From contig JBNJNM010000012.1 of assembly GCA_052426225.1 (NCBI GenBank), positions 2,170,001 to 2,234,000 of the forward strand: DNA of 64,000 bases. The letters are read 5' to 3'. Source of the stretch: Zancudomyces culisetae HAW-14-8. Taxonomy: Eukaryota > Fungi > Kickxellomycota. Of the stretch, positions 1 through 10,356 are shown in pieces; within the stretch, counting starts at the first letter, position 1; each line of letters starts with the position of its first letter. Under the pieces are notes generated by a model. That model saw nothing but the letters and a program-made list of their open reading frames with translations, was not told the origin of the DNA and did no database searches. A program made the translations under genes and the position numbers.

Positions 1-283
1 AGTAGAACAACCACAGTACCAAACACAGGATCCAGTGACAGACCAACCACAGTACCAAACACAGGATCCAGTGCAGGACCAACCGCAGTACCAAACACAG
101 GATCCAGTGACAGAACAACCACAGTACCAAACACAGGATCCAGTGCAGGACCAACCACAGTACCAAACACAGGATCCAGTGACAGACCAACCACAGTACC
201 AAACACAGGATCCAGTGATAGAACAACCACAGTATCAAACACAGGATCAACCACAGTACCAAACACAGGATCAACCACAGTAT
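1..283 (+). repeat. 36-bp coding tandem repeat (about 7 units plus two 24-bp truncated units)
   Basis: Recurring caaccacagtaccaaacacaggatccagtg core. Confidence 0.95.
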
Positions 284-286
284 TAA
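2..286 (+). CDS. 3' end of a Gln/Tyr/Pro-rich tandem-repeat protein (QPQYQTQDPVTD units); gene starts before the window
   Basis: Frame open from position 2 to TAA 284-286. Most differences between repeat units fall at codon position 3 in this frame (CCA/CCG, TAC/TAT, GAC/GAA). Frame 1 (1-453) is also open, so the frame is not certain. Confidence 0.6.
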   Translation, partial: VEQPQYQTQDPVTDQPQYQTQDPVQDQPQYQTQDPVTEQPQYQTQDPVQDQPQYQTQDPVTDQPQYQTQDPVIEQPQYQTQDQPQYQTQDQPQY

Positions 287-750
287 ACTCCAGACGCGGA
301 GTAGATCGTCAACCCTCTCAACCACCCTCTTACGCATACTTGGTAATCATGATACAGTCAGCTCGTGTGTATTTAATCCGTGCCCTGGGTAATACCATCC
401 AAAGAGTTCAGCATGGGTTCAGCAATGGTTTTCTTTTCTTTTCTTTTTTCTAGTTTTTCCACCCCTCGTATATGTGTTTCTCTCGACTAAGCGCTTTAAA
501 TGCTTTGCGGGCTATTCATATAAAATACATTCAACTAAATAAAAGTTATAGATAGAAAAAAGGGGCCAATAAGTGTGTATCAAGGTGCTATATCTGAAAT
601 TGCGCTAAACAACAATGTTATTCCCAAGTTAGTCTAGTGGAAAACCAAGAAGACCGCAAAGTGTAGAAAGACAAATGTTACTACAAAAAGAAAGCAGCTA
701 AAGTAATTGCATGGCAGCCCAACCATGTTGACAAATAAACAAAGAAGAAC

Positions 751-3700
751 TTAGAAATGTAGAGGGCATGCTGGGTTTCTTTTAAACCACGATTTAATAC
801 AGTGCTCATGAAAGGTACAAAAACAGCCAAGCCTGGTAACAGCATTTCCAGACTCGAAATCCTCAAAGCATATAGAGCACTCAGTACCCAACATTGGCGT
901 ATCCTCATTCAGTGTGTATGTTATGTACCTGGTTGAGTTTAGCATAAAGTTGGGTTTCTGAAGATTGCTACCATTACCGATGTTCATGTTGCTATTGTTA
1001 TTGCTATAAGTGGTAATACTGAAGGGCGTATTTTGGGAAAGGCGGTTGTCAATGTTGCTATTACCAGAGCCAGCAGCAGATCGTACGATACTAGCACTGT
1101 TACTGGAAATAGAATAGGTATTCGTTCCATCACTTCCGGTGCTAGAGTTGAAGGTAGCCGAACCAGGTGCGATAGTAGCAGGCGATGGTAGCGAGCTGGA
1201 AGTGCGAGCTTTTGCATCAGATGACGAAGACTCCGAGTTTATTACAATATTTGCATTTTCAGGGAGCCTAAAACTACTTGTACCACCCGTTTGCGATTGA
1301 CTAGTACCGCTTCCCAGTGTGATATCACTCTCTGTATTTACCTGTGTGCCATCTTGAGCACTGGTAGAGGGTAGATTGATAGAAATTGGCCTTCCGCCAC
1401 TAGTTTGGAGACGAGTATCGAGTATAGTACCCGACCCCCGTACAGGAGAAGAGTATTGGCCAGCATGGCGAGTGCCTCCCGAAGCAGAACTCTGATTACG
1501 ACTAGAACCTCTAGCAATTGGTGTGGTATTGGTGTCAGTGTTGGTATTGGAATTAGGATTGGTGCAGTTGCCATTTTGGGCAAAGCCAGAACTGAAAAAA
1601 TTCAAAGATCGACCCAGCAAAGAGGTTGGTTGCAAAGTTGGTTGAATATTTAAATTTTCTTCGGAATTGATTTGGGTGTATGTACTAGGGCGGCCAGTGC
1701 AAATTTGCGTTTCCATACTACTCAAACAATCCCTGACATGACGTTCCTGAGCCTCTATAAAACCTTCACCCGGAATCCTTGAAGTGAGAAAGGACCATAT
1801 ACTTATCCAAGATTTAAAGCATACTGGACACTCCGTCGAGCCTACGGTCAGTGTTGATAAAATATGTCGATGGGACAGGCTTGCAGGTGGAAGATATGGT
1901 AAAAAGTTTAAAATGGAGTCAACACCGAAAGCCAGCAGAGAAAGCAGCAACACAGTTAGTGAGCGGATGCCGCTATTCTCTAGGGCAAATGGATATAGGG
2001 TTTCAATTTGTTCAAGATGATCGGAGATATAGGAAGTGCCACTGGTACCATTGAGCTGTATTAATGGAGCCAGAGACTTGTTTGCAAACACAGCGTTGGT
2101 GTATACCGCCAACCTAGCCAAGGCCTCGGTTGTCCACTGCCGCTCGGCCAACACATATTTAAAAGTGGCAGGAAGTGTATTGGAGACCAGCATCAGAGAG
2201 GCATCTTCGGAATGCACCAAGGGCACTTCAATAGCCACACCATCGACGGGAAACACTCCGCCATATATCTGATCTTCACCCTTACGACCGAGCAAAGTGG
2301 ATGCACAACTCGAAACCCTCAGCGCTCCTTCTTGTGCCTCGGTGTTTTCTGAAGAGTATATAGAAATAAGATCAATTATTGCAAGTAGCCCAGGTGGCAT
2401 TTGGTAAGCTTCAGGACTCAGCACTTCAGCACATGTTAAACAGACACGATGGGGTTGTAATAGGTATATTCCACGGGGCTCGTTTGTTTCAGCTGCCCGC
2501 ATAACAAGCTGTAAAAGCCTTTCGCTGTCAACCTGGTCCCCTGAGTTCAAAACGTATCTAACCCGCTCGTCCAAAGTCGTCGTCGAATTATTCCCACATC
2601 CGTCCATAGCCATACCAACTTCATCCCTGCTATATTTAATCAAAAGTTTTGACATGATATTTATGTATGCTAGTACAGCCAATGAGTTGTAACCAACGAC
2701 CGGTAGATCTTCATTGGATTCATCAAGCGAATGTATTCTGCTTGATAGCCACAGTCTTTCTCTTGAGCAATTATCACAGAATACCAGTCCACATCTTCTA
2801 CAGTGGTGCCTACGAAAAAATAGTTTAAATTTCCTACCACACAAACAACAACTAGGGGCATGAACATCGGGAAGCCATGCTTGTTCAGGTAAATACTGGC
2901 GCGACGCTACGGCCTGCGAAAACTGCCGTAACAGATTCCGCAACTCTTCCTTCGTATGCCCCAATAACTCTACCTCATTCACGACGTTAGCTCCATCTGT
3001 ACCATCTTCTTGTAGAATTTCCATCCCTTCAACGCCATTTTTCATCAATATATCGGTATTATCTCGCTCTTCCGATGCATCAGCCTTAGTTTGACTGGAT
3101 GTAGGCACACCATCGTTGTTCTGCACCACCTGGTGATCAGAAGAGGGTAGTGTATTGCGATGTATACTTTCGACCTCTTGTGGGTCATTTCCTACCGCAT
3201 TTTCGGTAATTATATCTTCATTCTCGCTATCCCCGCTATTCTCGTCATTCCCACCTCGACCTCGACCCTGACCCTGACCCTGACCCTGACCTTCACTCAA
3301 ATTTTCGATTTCGTCTTCTTCCCTCATACCATCACTCAAAATCATAGCTTGCTGTACCTTCTTCACTGTACGTGTCTTTCGTTTATCAGTGTTCAAATCC
3401 TCGTCAGCACCCTTTTCGTACTCATCACTTGTACTAAAATCGGTATTGTCATGTATCATACAGGTACTCATATTCCTCATCCTTATAACTATCTGTTCCA
3501 ATTCTTCGTTCACTTTTTTTCCGTTACTTTCCAAAATACTTTCAGCCATTTCCAGTATATCTGCAACCTTTTTCCCAGCCTTCTTTCTTTCATCTATTTC
3601 TACAGCATCTCCATTACCATTATCATCTTTTCCGATGATAAGTGCTAACTCTGCTTCAAGTGCAATCAGTTTTTTTAACTTTTTCTCCTCGCAATCATCA

Positions 3701-5568
3701 TCACCATCATCACCATCATTACCATCATTACCATCATCATGTGCGGATCCATCATTGATATTTGGATTGCTTTGGTGATAGTCTGCAAAATTTATCTGCC
3801 GCTTCATTACACGAACCCATCTTCGTCTCCTCACATGATTACTTGGGGCTCCAATTTCTTCAGCTGTTTCTTCGGGAGTCGAGTGCCATATTCCATTTAC
3901 ACTATTAAACCCACTTTTGCTGTACATCCAGCCCTCTTCGTCTGTATACGTAGTGTTTCCCGAGTATTGATGCTGCCCGCCTTCCACATTCACCAGTAGT
4001 GTCCAATCGGTGAGCCAAAACCAATTCCCCATCCCTCCGTCTGTTGTAACTTGTTGTGGTAGCCCCATTTCTTCAGGCACAACCGTCATAAAGTTGGAAT
4101 CACACCATCTACTCGGATCTAAATTTTTCTTTAAATAATATGGCGAAAATCTATTTGGGACTTCCATCTCTCGAGACTTTTCTCTAAAGCCCTTTCCCCC
4201 CTCACCATTGTTCCGTAACAAGTATGAAAATGGAAAATAAAATGTGTTTGAGATTGGGGATTGCTGTTCGCCCACAAACGCACCGGTTTCCGTTTTAGTT
4301 TTTCTTTCTGTTCCCCAGCTACGTTCGTTTTCATAAATCATCACCAAATGCGATACATGATTCGAGAAAAAATCCCATGTCCTATCATTGAGGTCTCCTA
4401 TATTGTATTTAAATTTCTTGTTTTTGAATGACTTGAAACTACACCAAAATATCAACTCCACAGAGTTATTAAAAATATAGCCTTCAACACTTGCATGTAC
4501 CATTATATTAGTATATTTACCTGTAGCCTGTCTTTTAATCCACTCTAATTTTTCAGCTTCTTCCAATAACCTACATACATCTGCGTGCATTCCTACTGCC
4601 GCAACATCGTACGCATTTTCTCCAAATCTATTCTTTAAAGCTATTCCTGCCTTTCCTGTAGATAAAAGATGCTCTACAATATTCACTCTACCAGTAGATG
4701 CTGCATTCATTAATGGTGTGTGTCCTTGTTTACTTTGTGCTGATATTATTACATCATCTTCATCGGTAAGCACTTTTACTATTTCCAAATGTCCTCTACC
4801 AGCTGCATTATGCAATGCTGTCCATCCATCCTTATCTGCTATTCTACAATCTGCCCCATACCTAATAAGCAGCTTCACCAGTCTAGCGTATCCACCGTAT
4901 GCTGCCTTCAGCAACGCTGTCTCACCTTCTTTGTCTTTCATATCTACTTTTGCTCCCACTTCCAATAACTCTACTGCTATTTCGTAATGCCCGCGCGATG
5001 CCGCATACATAAGTGGGGTTATTTCATTCGTTTCTAAACCCTTGTTCACCAAGCTCACAACACTACCCTCGTCATTCCATTTATGTAAAATTCTCCTTAC
5101 CACACTTAAACTTCCAACCTCTGCTGCTACTAAAAACTTTCTTTGCAGCTCTTGCTCTTCAGATTGCTCTTCAAAAATTCTCATACTTTTGGTACTCTCG
5201 TCTTGCACTTTCGTTGTTTTTAATTTTTGTACCATCCTCTCAATGTTAATCTTTGGGCTTTCGAATTTAACCTGAAGCTCTTTTACTTCAGTTTCATCTA
5301 AATATGGATCAATCCAATCGTCACGCCGAGTAACATCCCCATAAAATGGATGCACTGAACCTGGAGCCATTGCTTTTACAAACGTTGGGAGTGTTTCAAG
5401 TATCTTTTTCTCTTCCTTTCCTACTCCTTTGTCAGATATAAGTTCTTCCAACTCCAATTTCGTTAGAAATCCCTTTTTGCTGACGCTTCGTTTCGTTAGC
5501 TTTGTATTTCCTATCCATTTTTCTTTGTCATTGCTTTTCTTTCTCACGAGGAATTTTTTATTGCTCAT
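751..5568 (-). CDS. Ankyrin-repeat / dysferlin-like (DysF) / FYVE / RING-H2 protein, Pib1-like E3 ligase; probable in-frame intron 4398-4520
   Basis: Ankyrin repeats (TPLMYAA, TALLKAA, TALHNAA, TPLMNAA). DysF motifs YENER, WFWLTDW, DEEGWMY, VRRRRWVR. FYVE WLPD...RRHHCRRCG...RVC. C-terminal RING-H2 CSIC...CFCTFHEHCIKSW...CPLH. Confidence 0.9.
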   Translation of the reverse strand: MSNKKFLVRKKSNDKEKWIGNTKLTKRSVSKKGFLTKLELEELISDKGVGKEEKKILETLPTFVKAMAPGSVHPFYGDVTRRDDWIDPYLDETEVKELQVKFESPKINIERMVQKLKTTKVQDESTKSMRIFEEQSEEQELQRKFLVAAEVGSLSVVRRILHKWNDEGSVVSLVNKGLETNEITPLMYAASRGHYEIAVELLEVGAKVDMKDKEGETALLKAAYGGYARLVKLLIRYGADCRIADKDGWTALHNAAGRGHLEIVKVLTDEDDVIISAQSKQGHTPLMNAASTGRVNIVEHLLSTGKAGIALKNRFGENAYDVAAVGMHADVCRLLEEAEKLEWIKRQATGKYTNIMVHASVEGYIFNNSVELIFWCSFKSFKNKKFKYNIGDLNDRTWDFFSNHVSHLVMIYENERSWGTERKTKTETGAFVGEQQSPISNTFYFPFSYLLRNNGEGGKGFREKSREMEVPNRFSPYYLKKNLDPSRWCDSNFMTVVPEEMGLPQQVTTDGGMGNWFWLTDWTLLVNVEGGQHQYSGNTTYTDEEGWMYSKSGFNSVNGIWHSTPEETAEEIGAPSNHVRRRRWVRVMKRQINFADYHQSNPNINDGSAHDDGNDGNDGDDGDDDCEEKKLKKLIALEAELALIIGKDDNGNGDAVEIDERKKAGKKVADILEMAESILESNGKKVNEELEQIVIRMRNMSTCMIHDNTDFSTSDEYEKGADEDLNTDKRKTRTVKKVQQAMILSDGMREEDEIENLSEGQGQGQGQGRGRGGNDENSGDSENEDIITENAVGNDPQEVESIHRNTLPSSDHQVVQNNDGVPTSSQTKADASEERDNTDILMKNGVEGMEILQEDGTDGANVVNEVELLGHTKEELRNLLRQFSQAVASRQYLPEQAWLPDVHAPSCCLCGRKFKLFFRRHHCRRCGLVFCDNCSRERLWLSSRIHSLDESNEDLPVVGYNSLAVLAYINIMSKLLIKYSRDEVGMAMDGCGNNSTTTLDERVRYVLNSGDQVDSERLLQLVMRAAETNEPRGIYLLQPHRVCLTCAEVLSPEAYQMPPGLLAIIDLISIYSSENTEAQEGALRVSSCASTLLGRKGEDQIYGGVFPVDGVAIEVPLVHSEDASLMLVSNTLPATFKYVLAERQWTTEALARLAVYTNAVFANKSLAPLIQLNGTSGTSYISDHLEQIETLYPFALENSGIRSLTVLLLSLLAFGVDSILNFLPYLPPASLSHRHILSTLTVGSTECPVCFKSWISIWSFLTSRIPGEGFIEAQERHVRDCLSSMETQICTGRPSTYTQINSEENLNIQPTLQPTSLLGRSLNFFSSGFAQNGNCTNPNSNTNTDTNTTPIARGSSRNQSSASGGTRHAGQYSSPVRGSGTILDTRLQTSGGRPISINLPSTSAQDGTQVNTESDITLGSGTSQSQTGGTSSFRLPENANIVINSESSSSDAKARTSSSLPSPATIAPGSATFNSSTGSDGTNTYSISSNSASIVRSAAGSGNSNIDNRLSQNTPFSITTYSNNNSNMNIGNGSNLQKPNFMLNSTRYITYTLNEDTPMLGTECSICFEDFESGNAVTRLGCFCTFHEHCIKSWFKRNPACPLHF

Positions 5569-8500
5569 CTTTGGTACTTATGCCTTTACCTCGCCTCTAT
5601 CCCTGTCTTTATTGATTTTTATCTATAGAACTAATATTTACTTTATCTTCTATTGTGTATACTTATGCCCTCTCCTCTTCTAATTTCCCAGTCTACTTGT
5701 TTTGTATTTTATATACCCTAAAAATAGCTTTTAATGGCAGAATTGCTCGTAACTCTTCCACACGATTCGTGATTTGAATAATTAAAATTGTGCTGTTATT
5801 AAAGAAATCCGATATTCGTTGTCTGCTTCTATTGTCAAATCCTGAACCTTAATCGACCTGAGTTCACTTTTTTTAAATTTATAAACTACAATTCCCCTTA
5901 TTTACCAAGGCACTATATTTTGTTTGTTCGTGAGTTATCCAAGAACATATGCTGCACTCTATTTCCATTCAGCTGCCATATATTTCGAGTCATCATGGGT
6001 ATTTTATTCAAGCTGAAGTTATGTAATTTGTGAACAAAAAAATGATTGGCTTCGTTATCAATTGGGAGGGGAGGAGAGCGAGTATTGCTTAAACTCAGCA
6101 AGTTTCTTGGTCTTGGTTTGCCCAAAAAATGTCTGCGTTCCACCTATTACAAACGTTTCCGCAATTTTGCTTGATTTTACTTTATTTTTATTTTTTTTGC
6201 AAAGCTGGTCTACCTTCGCCTTTGGCTTGGAACTTTTGAGTGGAATGAGAAAAAGAGCATTGCTAGCTGGCAAACTTGCCACTCTACCAATAAGTGTTTT
6301 CCCAACCTACATTCCATGCTTTTTGCGCCCTTTATTTTTCCTGTTCAAATATACAAACATGCTCTTTTTGGTTCTTACAATATCCTAGACCAAAGCTTGC
6401 ATAACTTGTTTTGTCAATCTTTTTTTTTTGCCATTTAATGGTTAAAACGCAACTTTTGTCTTTCTAAAAACTCGTATGTTTTCAATAGATAAGTGCTCTA
6501 TAAAGTGTATAATACAACAGTTTGAGCAAGTTCAGCAGAGCAGTGCTGAAATCGCACATGCTATCTGCCCAGATATAGTTTGTGATCTTTTTTATTCTGT
6601 GCGCTGGAAGTATAATTAAATATTGATACCTCACATGGACCTGGGCGTACTTTTTTTTGTTAAGAATAGTGCACTCAACGACTATCTGAGTTTATATGCG
6701 ACAGCTATATTTCAATTTACGTTGTTCTTGTAGCTCATCAAAAAAAAAACTATTTTCTACAAAAAATGAATATAAAAAACACACATGATAGCAATGGGAC
6801 ATGATAAAGTACTTGTACAATCTCGTCTGTATCCCTTTGTTTGATTTGCTATTGTTACACTTTTTTTTAGATTAGTAGGGAAACGCACTCTTGTGATTGC
6901 TATAATCTCATCATTATCACACGAGCTATCTTGTTCAAGTATTTTGTCATCCGCGTATGGTTATCATACCTTGGGACGTATGCGTATATGCACATACATT
7001 TGAGTGAGCCTTTTTGCAAGAATTTACTAGTAAGTCTAGCGATGCTATCTAAACAGAACAAAACCAGTAAAAAATAAAACCGACTATAACCCAGTATACA
7101 TATTAGTAAGATTTATGAGTTTTTTGGTCCATTGGTGTATGTGTGTATACATGCAGTTTGTTTACCCAAGCTCAAGTTTACCCAGTGCTCTTACAATATT
7201 TTTTTAAATTTTTTTCACCAGTAACTAAAAGGAAGGACGACGGCTTTATATTAAAAATTGGTGGTTTTACGCCCCATCAATCTTGAATCTTATTTTCCTA
7301 CTTTTACCGGTGAAGCCTGTGTATAAATATGTTCTTGTCGAACAACTTTTGGCACCAGAAACATAAGAATTGTCTGCATAATCGATTCTATACTTCCTAT
7401 CATCCATCACCTCTCTATCTTTTTTTTCAGTCTTATTTTTTTGTTTCTTGAGCCTGGATATAAGCGGGTTGTTGTGCTTTCTACTTTATGTAGTTATGAT
7501 ACTAACATCTCGTCCCAATGCTTGACAAGTGCTGTTTATGACTGAAATATGGTGAGAGGTGTCTAGATTTATTACATCTGAACCAACATCCAGTGTATAT
7601 AAAACCAATTTAGGGTCTTAGGATGAGTTATTAGGTGAGTTATCTAAATGGGTCGGTTAAGTAGATATTATGTAGGATTCTTTTCCTTGGGGCTTATAAA
7701 ATACTCATATAGCAAGTTAACCTTGTAAAAATATACAAGGTTTCATTGGACAGGATGGTATATTGAAATATACCCCCCACACTCTGAACATTTAATATGT
7801 TCCGCATTTCACCATATGGTATAAATTAATTAAAAATAGAATTAAAAATATAGCCAAAAGAGCTTTCCATCCCTGCTATTTACACTGCCCTACTTTCTGT
7901 GACCTAGCTGCAGCAGATGATGCCCATATACTGCCTATTTACGTTAATATTTATAATATCTTTGCCATTTTATTAGTAACTTAAAGTTCGTAGGCAATCT
8001 CTCAACTCGGACTCCTCACAAAACAAACTTAGCAACCCACACACACAGATAGAAAAGAGAAGATATAATGCGGGTTAGCACTTGAAGCCACGTGTCGTGT
8101 GATATATACATATTATTTTGGAAAGGATAATTAGCCCGGCGTACCGGGGCAGCATTAATTTTTTTGTTGGCTTCCTGACATTTCTTTTTCTCCCCAATTT
8201 TTGTTGTTAAAATTAATATAGCTAGATATTAAGTTCATTAGCCATAAAATATAACTATTCGATACAGGATTAGAGTCCAATGCACGGCTTTCGATATTAA
8301 GGCTTGTAATTTACAGAATATACCGTTGCGTTTAATTTGGTGGTATCACTACCGACCAGCCCTCCTTTTCTTTCTATTTGACGACATATCCGATAAAGAT
8401 GTGATGATGTGATGATGTGTTGTATACAAACCGAGACGTCTGAGTATCTGGCATTATCGTTGGCCATGTTCTAATACAAATTTAGCCTTTCAATGGAAGT

Positions 8501-9012
8501 AGAAGATATTAACGCTATCAATTTAGATGGAAATGCTGGGGACTACAACCAGTTAAAAAAGTCATTTAACAACAAGAAATATGCAAAATGAGGACTAGGG
8601 ATTATATATAATGGTACTTTTGAGTATAAAACTTTATTTAGTGATCCCACATAACTGGATACTGCATTGCAAAACGAAGAAAGCATTTATATAGTTGATA
8701 AATAAGTTTCAAATAGTTTAAATACCTTTTCCCTCTCCTTCTAAAGATCAATATAGGACAATTTTGTCGGGGGTTAGTGACTACAGAAAAAACATACAAA
8801 TACAAATACAAAACAGTATATCTTTAGCCTAACCAATATAGGAACTTTTAGAGCACAAACAGAGGAAATAATAGTCAATACTTGAAGTTTTGCATCCTCA
8901 ACCATTTGTATTTAACCATTTAACATTATTGCATAACCAACTTAGTTGATGACTACATCGCATACAGTTACTTTACCGGAAAAAAAAGAACCTAAAGACA
9001 TAGAAAACCATA

Positions 9013-10005
9013 ATGAGAATAAGATTTAGCTTGATAAGTGGATTATCACAAATAGCTGTGGTATTGAAATTGGGTACACAAGTGCATGCTCTTGGTCCAA
9101 AAATGGTTACTCAAACTCCAAGAATTGAAAAGGTAATCAATGGAACACCAGCAAGTATTTCTGATTTTCCATACGCAGCATTTATATATATAAATCTTCG
9201 AAATTCTGGAGAAGCGTGTGCAGGAGCGCTGATATCGCCAAACTATGTATTAACAGCTGCTCATTGTCTTTTTAACTCGGATAACAGCCAATTCAATCCA
9301 AGTGATGTATACATCGGACTGGGGAGTCAATATAATATCGAGCAAAACAATCAAATTTATCAAGCTAGTCAGCTAATTCCCAACGAAAAGTTTAATCCTG
9401 TTCAGGTGACAGATGATATTGGATTGATAAAACTCAGTAGAAGTGTTCCAGCGTCGGTTGCAGTGCCTGGAAAAATCTATAATCAGGAAATAGTAGACAA
9501 TATGCCTGCCTCTGCAGCCGGGTGGGGGATCACCTCAAACGATGCGAACGCCACTATCTCATCAATTTTGCTTGAGGTACCACTGGTCATAAGTTCTTCA
9601 TCTCAATGTCAAACGCTAAATCCGAACTGGAATGGGAATAACAAACGGACTGTTTGTACACTGAATCAAAACAATCAGGATACCTGCTATGGCGATTCTG
9701 GTGGACCGCTATCATATACTGGGGATAATAGCAGACCAGTGATTGGAGTAACCAGTATTGGTAATGCCCCAGGAAACCCAGAGCGTCCAGACTGCGGATT
9801 ACCAGGAGGCGGTGCATTTTACACACACGCCTTTTACTATATAGACTGGATATCCAAAAATACAGGGATTAGTAAATCTAACTTGGTGTTCGACCCCAAC
9901 TCCAAATATTCGAGCGCAATAAACGTACAGCCAGGTTTTCTTTATATTTGTGCACTTTCTGCATTTTCTGCATATATTCTTTTAAGCAATAACATGTTCC
10001 TTTAA
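9013..10005 (+). CDS. Secreted trypsin-like serine protease (S1A) with hydrophobic C-terminal tail (possible GPI signal)
   Basis: Signal peptide, K-VINGT activation site, LTAAHC, DDIGLIKL, DTCYGDSGGPL (Asp in the S1 pocket), hydrophobic C-terminus. Confidence 0.93.
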   Translation: MRIRFSLISGLSQIAVVLKLGTQVHALGPKMVTQTPRIEKVINGTPASISDFPYAAFIYINLRNSGEACAGALISPNYVLTAAHCLFNSDNSQFNPSDVYIGLGSQYNIEQNNQIYQASQLIPNEKFNPVQVTDDIGLIKLSRSVPASVAVPGKIYNQEIVDNMPASAAGWGITSNDANATISSILLEVPLVISSSSQCQTLNPNWNGNNKRTVCTLNQNNQDTCYGDSGGPLSYTGDNSRPVIGVTSIGNAPGNPERPDCGLPGGGAFYTHAFYYIDWISKNTGISKSNLVFDPNSKYSSAINVQPGFLYICALSAFSAYILLSNNMFL

Positions 10006-10070
10006 TAACAGCACCGCATTCATGTGGTTAAACTTTTATAAATATGTTATGTGAAATGAGTCTCGCTAGA

Positions 10071-10103
10071 GTTTAGTTTTAGTTTTAGCTTTAGTTTTAG
10101 TTT
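10071..10103. repeat. (TTTTAG)n microsatellite
   Basis: gtttagttttagttttagctttagttttagttt. Confidence 0.7.
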
Positions 10104-10356
10104 CCCTTTGAAAAAAGTAGATTCCAGACTCTATTTCATCATCCGGACGCATTGTGACATATAACCACATATTTTTTTAGATTGCTATAATTTTATCACG
10201 CAAACTATCTTAAATATACATAAAATTGATCCAAACGCAGTTTATTGAAAAGACTTTACAAAAAAAAAAAGCCTAATAGCACGGCGATCATTACAGAAGC
10301 AAAATCGGATGCTTTGCTGTGTAAAGTACTGAGTCAAATTAAATTAAAAAAATAGT

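Noticed and set aside
1-283. 36-bp repeat array resembling a CRISPR array
   Set aside because: Units are contiguous with no unique spacers, keep the reading frame, and lie in eukaryotic DNA with no cas genes.
5913-6388. Overlapping short ORFs on both strands
   Set aside because: Non-ATG starts, low complexity, and no motifs or consistent splice model.
8400-8445. C/D-box-like GTGATGA...CTGA (a similar case is at 25685-25732)
   Set aside because: Too short, with no terminal stem or recognisable rRNA guide.
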